64,000 bases of DNA from Thermomicrobiales bacterium (GTDB taxonomy: Bacteria; Chloroflexota; Chloroflexia; Thermomicrobiales; UBA6265). Position 1 is the stretch's first letter. Each line of letters begins with the position of its first letter. Below, piece by piece: positions 37,424-46,300 of the stretch. Location of the stretch: contig JAMLHR010000003.1 in NCBI GenBank assembly GCA_023957015.1, positions 22,555-86,554 on the forward strand, in the 5' to 3' direction. The position numbers and the translations under genes were made by a program. The notes beneath the pieces are model-generated. The model had not been told where the DNA came from and ran no database searches. It saw only the letters and a list, made by a program, of their open reading frames with translations.

Positions 37424-38578
37424 ATGCTTCGCAATGCGCCCCGAGTCGCCATCTCCATTGCCTTCCTTCTGCGCGGTTTCATTCAGGGCAGCTGGTATCC
37501 TCGCATCCCCGGTATGACCACCAAGGTCGAGGTCGATCCGGCCACGCTTGGCACCATCTTCTTCCTCTTTGCCTTCGGAAACATCGTTGCCTTCAATCTG
37601 GCGGCGAAGTGCGTCCTCAGAATCGGATCACCACGCACGCATGTGCTCTTCGCTACTCCCTTCGCCCTGGCGGTGGTCGGTATCAGCTACGCCATCACGC
37701 CGATCCATTTCGGGATCGGTATGTTCGTTTTCGGCCTGTTCACCGGCGGCTATGACATCAGTACCTCGGTTCAGGGTGCGGTAGTGGAAAGGCAGACCCA
37801 TCGACCGATCCTTTCCACGCTCTATGGACTCTTCAGCGTCGGCGCCCTGCTGGGATCGTTCTCCAGTGGACTGCTGGCGCAAGCAGAGGTAGCGCTCTCG
37901 CTGCAATTTGCCGTTCTCGGAACCATTGCCATTCCGGTCACGCTGCTGATCACCCGCAGCATGCTGCCCGATGATATTGTCCCGGCACCCGCAATGCGCA
38001 AACAGCGACGCTTGCCGACGTTGCCACCCAAGGCGCTCCTGCCGCTTGGACTGACGATTGTCTGTATCGCGCTCGGCGAGGAGACGGTTAACAATTGGGT
38101 GGCGCTCTATCTTCGGGAGGAGCTGGGAGCGAGCGCAGCTGTGGCTAGCTGGGCGTTCACAGCCTTCGCGATTGCCACGGCCGGTGGGAGATTAGTGGGC
38201 GATGCCGTGATTGCCCGGATCGGTATTGATAGGACGCTCATCATCGGTACACTTGCCGCCGCGGCCGGTGTGGGAGCTGGCATGCTCATCAATGCACCCT
38301 GGGCCATTATTCTCGGCTACACCATCATGGGTCTCGGGCTCTCGGTAGTTGTACCAGTGACCTATCGCCGCGCCAATCGGGTGCCGGGTATCCCTCCCGC
38401 CACCGCAGTCGCTACTGTGGCCACCATCGGATTCTCGGGGTTCCTGATTGGACCACTGCTGGTGGGAACCATTGCCGATTTCACCACACTTCGGATCGCG
38501 ATTAGCGCTGTTGCCATGGTATTTCTCGGTATCCTGATATTAACGAAGATGAATCCCGTGAAGGAGGAGACGATATGA
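37424..38578 (+). CDS. MFS transporter
   Basis: ~384 aa from ATG 37424 (the longest ORF starts at 37358). About 12 TM helices. Paralogous to 39525..40688. Confidence 0.8.
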   Translation: MLRNAPRVAISIAFLLRGFIQGSWYPRIPGMTTKVEVDPATLGTIFFLFAFGNIVAFNLAAKCVLRIGSPRTHVLFATPFALAVVGISYAITPIHFGIGMFVFGLFTGGYDISTSVQGAVVERQTHRPILSTLYGLFSVGALLGSFSSGLLAQAEVALSLQFAVLGTIAIPVTLLITRSMLPDDIVPAPAMRKQRRLPTLPPKALLPLGLTIVCIALGEETVNNWVALYLREELGASAAVASWAFTAFAIATAGGRLVGDAVIARIGIDRTLIIGTLAAAAGVGAGMLINAPWAIILGYTIMGLGLSVVVPVTYRRANRVPGIPPATAVATVATIGFSGFLIGPLLVGTIADFTTLRIAISAVAMVFLGILILTKMNPVKEETI

Positions 38579-39528
38579 CCACGCTCGTAACACCCGTTCC
38601 CGCTGATCAGCCGACATTCGCCATGGCCGAACGCTGTGATGATCTGGCCACGCTTGAGGCGGACATTGCCATCATCGGTACTCCGTACGGCGTCATCTAT
38701 CCATCATATTCTGATCGCCCGAGGTACTCCGAGGGAGCAGAATCTATCAGGAAACACTCGCAGAAATTTGGCAAGTTCCGTGATCATTACGACTTTGATC
38801 TTGGCGGCACCATGCTTGGTGGCCGCCCCATACGAATTGTGGATTGCGGTGATGTCATGGGCGATCCCGATGGTGGATCTGAAAATCATGCGAAGGTCGA
38901 GGAGGCCGTTCGTCTCATACGAAGTCACGGTGCAACTGTGATCACGCTTGGCGGAAACGACGGCACTTCCACACCGGTCATGCGTGGTCTTGATGCCAGC
39001 TCCAATGTTTCTATCGTCCATTTCGATGCCCACCTGGATTATCGTGACGAGGTCGAGGGGCTCAACGATGGCTGGAGCAGTTCCATGCGACGCGCCTCCG
39101 AGATGGAGCACATGGGCAAGCCCGTTCATCTTGGATTGCGGGGTGTCGGCAGCGCGCGTGCGCAGGATGTGATGGATGCCAAAGCCAACGGTAGTACATT
39201 CATAACTGCCCGCGAGATCTATGATCGTGGCAGTCGGGATATCGCTCATTCTCTACCAACAATGGAGGATATCTACATCCACTTCGATGTTGATGTGATG
39301 GATCTCGCGATTGCGTCCGGTGCTGGTGCTCCTGCGATGGGTGGTCTCGGATACTGGCAAGCAACAGATTTGCTACGAGGTACAGCGAACCGGGGCCGGA
39401 TCGTTGCCGCGCACTTCTCATCGTTTATTCCGTCGCTTGATCCGAGCGGCATTACATCCATGTTGGTCGCGCAATTGATCATGAACCTGATGAGCGCTAT
39501 GGCACGATCCGGACAGTTCGATCGATGA
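38575..39528 (+). CDS. ureohydrolase-family protein (agmatinase/guanidino-acid hydrolase-like) with a variant first metal motif
   Basis: 317-aa ORF coupled by ATGA overlaps on both sides. Family motifs VHFDAHLDYRD and IHFDVDVMDLA are present. The usual GGDH motif reads LGGNDGTS. Confidence 0.8.
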   Translation: MTTLVTPVPADQPTFAMAERCDDLATLEADIAIIGTPYGVIYPSYSDRPRYSEGAESIRKHSQKFGKFRDHYDFDLGGTMLGGRPIRIVDCGDVMGDPDGGSENHAKVEEAVRLIRSHGATVITLGGNDGTSTPVMRGLDASSNVSIVHFDAHLDYRDEVEGLNDGWSSSMRRASEMEHMGKPVHLGLRGVGSARAQDVMDAKANGSTFITAREIYDRGSRDIAHSLPTMEDIYIHFDVDVMDLAIASGAGAPAMGGLGYWQATDLLRGTANRGRIVAAHFSSFIPSLDPSGITSMLVAQLIMNLMSAMARSGQFDR

Positions 39529-40688
39529 CACCTGCCGATCGGCGGGCGCGCTGGGCAATCTCCGCCATTTTCCTGGCCAACGGGTTAACCCTTTCGGCCT
39601 GGATCAGCCGCGTCCCCACGATCGTGAGTGAGCTGGGTATGAACACCGGCAGCACTGGCACTGTGATGATGGGGATGGCGCTGGGCGCGTTCGTCTCGTT
39701 TCCGATCACGGGTCGGTTAATCGATACGCTCGGTAGTGCCCGCATGACCATGATCTACGGATTGGTCTTCTTCCTGGCGCTGCCACTGATCGCGATCATG
39801 CCGAATGCCGTCATGCTGATGCTGGCCCTGATGCTCTTTGGGTTTGGCAACGGCGGTATGGATCTGGCCATGAACGCGCAGGGAATCGAGATTGAGGCGC
39901 GGGCGGGGAGGAGCATCATTAACTCGCTGCACGGGTTCTTTAGTCTTGGTGGCTTCCTTGGGGCCGGTATCGGTGCCTTCATGGCCTGGCAGTCGATCAC
40001 ACCGCTCCCGCATTTCATCGTCGTGACCGTGATCAACGTGGTGCTGATTGCGGTGCTGCAGCGATACCTGGTTCCCGATCTCACCAGCAACAAACGCGAC
40101 GCATCCACACCGATCTTCACCTTTCCGCATCGATCGCTGTGGATGCTGGGCGTGATCGCGCTGTGTACAGCGGTCGGTGAGGGGGCGATGAATAGCTGGA
40201 GCGCGTTGTATCTGAACAAGCACCTGCAGACGAGCGACGATATCGCCGCACTCGGATACGCCACCTTCAGTCTTGCTATGTTGACCGGGCGATTCACCGG
40301 CGACTGGTTTGTGCGCCATTGGGGTTCGGGCAAGCTGATCCGCCGCAGCGGATCGCTGGCCGCGATCGGACTCGGCATCGCTACGCTGATCGACCAGCCG
40401 TGGAGCATGCTCACGGGCTTCGTTTTCGTCGGGTTAGGGCTTTCGGTCATCTATCCGCTGGTGTTCTCGGCGGCGGGGAATCATCCTACACTTCCGCGAG
40501 GACAGGCCGTGGCTGGTACAGCAACGGTCGGTTACACCGGCTTCCTTGCCGGTCCGCCGATCCTTGGTTGGGTGGCGCAGGCCACCAGCATGCGCAGCAT
40601 CATGGTCATCGTGATGTTGCTCTGCGCCACCGCTGCGGTGCTCGCTCCCGCCACCGAGAAGTTCCAGAAGTTCACTCGCACGGTGTAG
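39525..40688 (+). CDS. MFS transporter (paralogue of 37424..38578)
   Basis: 387-aa ORF with 12 TM helices. Its N-terminal region is colinear with the other MFS (RWAISAIFLANGLTLSAWISRVP vs RVAISIAFLLRGFIQGSWYPRIP). Confidence 0.85.
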   Translation: MTPADRRARWAISAIFLANGLTLSAWISRVPTIVSELGMNTGSTGTVMMGMALGAFVSFPITGRLIDTLGSARMTMIYGLVFFLALPLIAIMPNAVMLMLALMLFGFGNGGMDLAMNAQGIEIEARAGRSIINSLHGFFSLGGFLGAGIGAFMAWQSITPLPHFIVVTVINVVLIAVLQRYLVPDLTSNKRDASTPIFTFPHRSLWMLGVIALCTAVGEGAMNSWSALYLNKHLQTSDDIAALGYATFSLAMLTGRFTGDWFVRHWGSGKLIRRSGSLAAIGLGIATLIDQPWSMLTGFVFVGLGLSVIYPLVFSAAGNHPTLPRGQAVAGTATVGYTGFLAGPPILGWVAQATSMRSIMVIVMLLCATAAVLAPATEKFQKFTRTV

Positions 40689-40861
40689 GCTCGCAATTCA
40701 TACCGGGCAAATGCAGACTCGTGCTTCGAGCGACAAAGTCGCGAAGAATCGCGCGGGTTAGACGATTCACCGACACGACATATCGCCATCGACCTCCGGA
40801 TGTGGTGCTGGTGGGTATGAACCGAGAGGTTTGGAACCGGAGTTTGGTGTTGTTGAGACGT

Positions 40862-40972
40862 TGAACCCGGACCCCTGCGGCTCCGATCGAGATCGCAGGG
40901 TCACGGGCGCTCCCCGGAAGTCAACAGCGATCCTCTCGATCGCGCCCGATCGATCTGGGTCTACATGTCCGA
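40862..40972. repeat. intergenic repeat element, copy A (modules tgaacccggac / hairpin CCCTGCG..CGCAGGG / cgcgc..gatcg..gggtctacatgtccga)
   Basis: Modules are shared with 56253-56401. The 29-nt hairpin module 40872-40900 differs by 1 nt from 56373-56401. The 32-nt module 40941-40972 differs by 5 nt from 56305-56336. Confidence 0.85.
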
Positions 40973-41136
40973 ACCGAATGGAGGCTATACCGCCGCCCTG
41001 CCCCCTGTCGACACATGTGCCATTAGGTCACATGGGTCGACTCATCTTGTCACAGCCAGTCACAGTCTCGGTGGGGGACTCTCGGAAATATCGGAGGGGT
41101 ATATCCGATGATTTGGGATTTACGGAACTTCGGGTA

Positions 41137-41691
41137 CTAGATCATTATGTCCGCAACCAATACTGCCACACCGGCAACTGCGGTGATGATGGCGGCGCGG
41201 CGGGTTGCCGAGGTGGAATCCGGCATCGTGTACCAGATAAGCGCACCACCGAGAACGATCAGGAGTTCGAGGATACCGACGAAGATCGGGAAGTCCCACA
41301 TACCGAGACCAACGCGTGGTGTCACTCCGGCGTCGCCCGGTGCGATCGGGAGATCAAGCCGATGCACGATCACATCCAGGAACCAGTGGCTGAACACCAC
41401 GCAACTCAGCACGAACGCACCCTTGCCGCCCCACCAGCGTGTGCACAGGATCAATACGATCAGACAGACCAGCAAGGTGCCGAAAAAGGAGTGACTCCAG
41501 TCAATCTGGAATTGCGTAGTTCCGTATCTGCCATCCAGGCCCGGAATCGCCTCTATATCCTCGATACCAAGTGCCCAGAAGACAAGAAAGAGGATGTCCA
41601 ACAGGAAGCTGGCGATCAGCAATGCCCAGATGGGAACCTGTGGGGCCCAGCGTTTCGCGCCGGCGGCGACGCCAATGTGTCCAGCAAGCAT
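41137..41691 (-). CDS. integral membrane protein, YdjM/DUF457-like metal-dependent hydrolase family (tentative)
   Basis: 184-aa ORF with about 5 TM helices and conserved-looking His clusters (DWSHSFFG, SHWFLDVIVHR). Confidence 0.5.
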   Translation of the reverse strand: MLAGHIGVAAGAKRWAPQVPIWALLIASFLLDILFLVFWALGIEDIEAIPGLDGRYGTTQFQIDWSHSFFGTLLVCLIVLILCTRWWGGKGAFVLSCVVFSHWFLDVIVHRLDLPIAPGDAGVTPRVGLGMWDFPIFVGILELLIVLGGALIWYTMPDSTSATRRAAIITAVAGVAVLVADIMI

Positions 41692-41751
41692 ATGAGTCTC
41701 TATCCTTTAGCCATAAATAGCGCCGTTGCACCGCGTTCGTATACTAGGTGA

Positions 41752-42693
41752 ATGGTACGTGATAGCCTGGTGGCGGACACGTGGAACTCGACCCCGCAGG
41801 ACTTCATGAACTCGCAGCTCGTTCCCATCACGATCCAGATCGAATACGAATGCGCGCTGCTGGCGATGCAGATCGCGGACCGGCAGCGTGAGCTGACACG
41901 GCTCCAGCGAGAGCTCTCGCCCCTGGAGACCGCTTTCGGCCTGTTTGAGCGCAAAGTCGCGAACCAGAGCAGCAGTCTCACGGCCGAACGCAACCGACTG
42001 CGCCGCCGCTGCGTCGAGATCGAGCGCTATACCGAACGTATCCACGCCCGGCTTCTCGCCGATCCGGATCGACACCTGTCGATGGTCTTCTCTCCGGAAG
42101 AACTCCTCGCCATTGCTGATTTATTCGGAATATACGTAGATCAGGACATGATCGGCGACCAGCCAATCGGCGCCGCATCCGGTGCATGGGAGTGGGCGGA
42201 GCAGCGCGCTCCCGTTATGCATCCCCGGCAGCTGCCGGCGACTGAATACGATGAGCTTCGCGCTACCTATCGCCAACTCGCCAAGATCTGGCACCCGGAT
42301 CTCGCGCTCGATGTGGAGGATGCGAGCTATCGCCAGGAGATGATGCTCCGCATCAACCATGCCTGGCAGGAACGCGACCTGGGGGCGTTAAGACGCTTAC
42401 AGCGGGGTCATAACCTGGATAACGGTGTGGATCGGTATCGCCAACGCCAGCTGGAGCGACTGCAGCGAGAGCTTGCGCAGATCATACAGCGCTGTGCTCA
42501 GACCCAGGCACGCCTTAACGCACTGCGTCGCAGTAAAACTCGTGCGCTTTGGTATGACGCGGCACTCGCCAATGTCGCCATTACTCGACATGTGCGTAAG
42601 CTTGAGGCGGAGATCGAGCAACTACAGCAGCGTGAAACCACCGCGGTGGAGGAGTTCCGGCTTGCCTTTGGACACTACGCATCGCTCATATAG
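41752..42693 (+). CDS. J-domain-containing coiled-coil protein
   Basis: 313-aa ORF with a central J-like segment, YDELRATYRQLAKIWHPDLA...EMMLRINHAWQ, that contains an HPD tripeptide. Heptad-rich Arg/Glu/Leu segments flank it. The start is uncertain (41752 or 41806). Confidence 0.6.
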   Translation: MVRDSLVADTWNSTPQDFMNSQLVPITIQIEYECALLAMQIADRQRELTRLQRELSPLETAFGLFERKVANQSSSLTAERNRLRRRCVEIERYTERIHARLLADPDRHLSMVFSPEELLAIADLFGIYVDQDMIGDQPIGAASGAWEWAEQRAPVMHPRQLPATEYDELRATYRQLAKIWHPDLALDVEDASYRQEMMLRINHAWQERDLGALRRLQRGHNLDNGVDRYRQRQLERLQRELAQIIQRCAQTQARLNALRRSKTRALWYDAALANVAITRHVRKLEAEIEQLQQRETTAVEEFRLAFGHYASLI

Positions 42694-42876
42694 CAATCGT
42701 GGTGCATTGCGGCATGCGTTCACAGCCCCGAAAAAATAAGCAAATGCTTAAGAGAAAAATTCCACGGAAATTCGGTCAAAATAACCCCCCAAATTTCCGC
42801 ATCAGATCCGCATAATTAAAGAAGTCGCCCACCGAAAAAATAAAGCTGGACGCGTATTCACAGGCGATACGCGGAG

Positions 42877-42905
42877 TTGACGCCCCCGTACGGATACTCT
42901 ATGCT
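42877..42905 (+). promoter_or_regulatory. candidate sigma-70 promoter upstream of the giant surface-protein gene
   Basis: TTGACG (42877-42882), a 17-nt spacer, then TATGCT (42900-42905). It implies a ~400-nt leader. Confidence 0.4.
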
Positions 42906-43313
42906 ACGCGCACGGTATGTTGACAGCGCCGTACGGTCAATGCGGTCGGTACACCCGCATGGCACCCGAGGCACCCTGGGAACGCATACGCGTTAAGGCG
43001 ACGTTGACCAGGTTTACCTGTCAATGCACGCAGAGGATTCGGTTGATGTTCACGCATCAGCCGGTTTGTATAGCCAGCTTTTGTGCTGGCCCGTTTTGGT
43101 GTGGTGTGGCGTTCAGATAGCTACTGGTACGCGCGCGTAACACCTTATGGTCACCAGAAAGGCTGGGGTTGCGATGCTTTGGCACGCGGAGAAAGAGGTT
43201 ATGGCTAGGAGAGAACACAGTCGGTATCTCGTCACCAATAAGACGCAGACAATTGCATCTGGTCAGGTGTTTCCCTTCGTGACGCCAGCGGATGCAACAT
43301 GGGGGAAGCAGAG

Positions 43314-46300
43314 ATGAGGTTCGCTAACTCAACAAGGTTCAGGGTGTTCCTGGCCGTATTCATGATGATCTCGATGGTGCAATCGTCATTTGCACAATCG
43401 ATGCAGGCATCTCGTCCATTGACGGGTGGCGTCACTATCATCCTGCGGGATGAGAAGGGTGCGAACCTCGCCGATGGCTGTTTCACATTCAAGCTGACAG
43501 GTGTTGATGATTTCAGCGCCTGTGATGAAGACGGCGACGGCCAGATCGATCTCCGCAACTTGCCACCTGGCAAGCTGAAGGTCACACAGACCTCCGGCCC
43601 CACGGGCTTTGCGTTGGCCGATCCATTGACGGTCACCATCCAGACCAACAGAATCTTGCCCGTTCCGGTAGCGGTATCGGCGGTCGTGGCAGAGAGGACA
43701 TCTCTCGTCCAGGGACCGCTTTTGGCGTTCCAGGATGCAGGTGTCGATGTTGTCACTGGCTCACCCGAGCTGGAACCAACGGAGACACCGTCTGAGACGC
43801 CAACCGAGGCTCCGGCCATCGTGCCCGCGTCTCTTCAGACGGAATCGACTGATGAGGCGACAGAGGTGCCGACGGAACCGGCAACGGAACCAGCCACAGA
43901 GGAAGTGACGGAAACCGCCACTGAGGTCGTTACCGAAGTTGCAACGGAACCGGCCACAGAAGCTCCGACGCTGGCAGCAACCGAAGCTGCCACGGAAGCT
44001 CCGACGCAGGTAGCAACAGAAGCTGCCACGGAAGCTCCGACGCAGGTTGCAACGGAAGCTCCAACCCAGGTTGCAACCGAAGCTCCATCGGTTCAGACCA
44101 CGAACGTGACGCTGACCATTGATGCCGGTGGAACTGACCTGACCGGTGCGCCGTGGAAGCTGTATGCCGATCTCGCCTCCATGGCGGCGCTGACCGAGTA
44201 CGCCTCGGGCACCGTTGGTGCTGGCAACACGATCGTCATTCCGAACGTGATTGACGGCAACTACACGCTGGTGATCTCACCAGCCGGTATGGATCCGATC
44301 ACCAACACCTTCACCGTAGTGGGTGATGGCAATGGCAACCAGACCATTCCGCTGACCGCCACCGTTTCCTCACCCAAGATTCAGAGTCTCATAACGCCAC
44401 TTGATACTGGCGCGATGGAGTTTGGCGTAACCTGCGCCCCTCTGAACTCAGAAGGTCGCATCCAGTCCAGGATCTTTGTCCTCAATGTTCCTGATGGTAA
44501 GGATGCTTCTCCAGCGCCGAGTTTCACCTATCAGGTGTTTGATCGCTTCGGCAATGGCGGCCCCATCACGCCCGGCACCATGACCTGGAATGCTTCCACC
44601 AATCGGTGGGAATCCGAGGTCTTTGATGTTGTGGCACGCCCGCTCACCTACGTTGCGACGGCGGCCGGTGTTCAGAACACCCTGCATGGTGCATGTGCCG
44701 TCTTCAATCCGATCATTCCGGCAATTGACACCATGGCCAAGGATGAGCAGGGCAAGGACCTGCCAGACGGAAGCCAGGTTGTCGCCGGCACCAAGTTCCG
44801 CGATACCGCTCAGTTCAAGGGGCTGGATGGAATCCCGGGCGCGCTTCAGGCGCTCGAGGGGCAGACGGTTGTCTACAACCTCTATCGCAATGCGGCTTGT
44901 ACCGGTACGCCTGAGAAGACCTTCTCGGTGATTGTCGGCGCGAACGGTGTCATTCCGGATTCCCCGCTCTTCGATTCGGCCACGGTTGGCGATGGCACCT
45001 ACGATTGGCAGGTGACATTCACCCCAACCGGTAGTGCCGCCACGAACTTCCAGGGTGCCAAATCCGAATGCCAGAGTGAGACGGTGATCGTTGGTAAGAC
45101 GACGCCGACGTTGACAACGGCGATGCGGCGCGTGACGGGCACCAACACCAGCACAGGGATTAATCAAAACGGCAATGTCACCATCGGTGCCACCGTTTTC
45201 GACCGATCCACGCTCACGAACGCCTCCACAACGGTGACTGGTTCGCTGACCTATACGTTGATGATGGGCACCTGTGCTCAGAACACCGTCGTTCTGGGGC
45301 CGACAACGTTGCAGATCACCAATGGTGTGCTGCCGGAGTCTCCCCAGTTCACGCCAGCCGCAGTTGGGACGTATCACTGGATCGTCACCTATAGCGGCGA
45401 TAATCTGAACAGCGACGCCGAGAGCAAGTGTGGTGCCGAGACGTTCAATGTGATCAAGGCCAAGCCTTCGATTACGACCGAGGTGATGAAGGAAGGCAGC
45501 AGCACGCCAATCACTGGTAAGTCTGTTGACCTGAACACCAAGGTGTATGACACCGCCACGGTTTCTGGCCTGTACAAGCCAGCGACTGGTGACTACACCG
45601 GTACGGTGACCTACAAGCTCTATGCCAATGCCAACTGCACGGGAACTCCGCAAGAGTTCACGGTGACGATCAACCCAGACGGCACCGTGCCGAATTCGCC
45701 ATCGGTCGAGATGACCGCTCGCGGTACCTACAACTGGGTGGCTACCTACAATGGCAATGAGTTCAACGATACGGTCAGCGGTAACTGCGGTGACGAGAAG
45801 TTCACCGTTGAAGGCAAGACGCTTGGTATAACCACCATACCGCAGTACAAACCAGAGGGAAGTCAGAACTTCCAGGATATGACCAACAACCAGACGATCA
45901 ATGCGCCGGCGACGGTGCGTGATACGGCTGTGTTCACCGGTCTCGACCCCGCTGACCCCAAGCCAACGGGTACGGTCACATATCGGCTGTATGCGAATGA
46001 CACCTGCCAGGGAACAGCGCTGTTTACCCAGAGTGTCACTGTCGCCGCCGATGGCACGATTCCTCCGGCACCGACGAACGGTGTGACGCCAGCGCTTGGT
46101 ATCGGTCGCTATAACTGGAAGGCGACCTATAACGGCGATGGGAACTACGGAACCGCGACGCATGATTGTCTGACCGAGCAGTTCTTCGTCAGCGCAGCGG
46201 GCGACGGTGAAGGTTATATCCAGACCCAGGTCTATCGCGCCGATAACAACAATGCCATTGCCGATGGCGGCACCATTCCGATGGGCCGTAGCGCCCGCGA

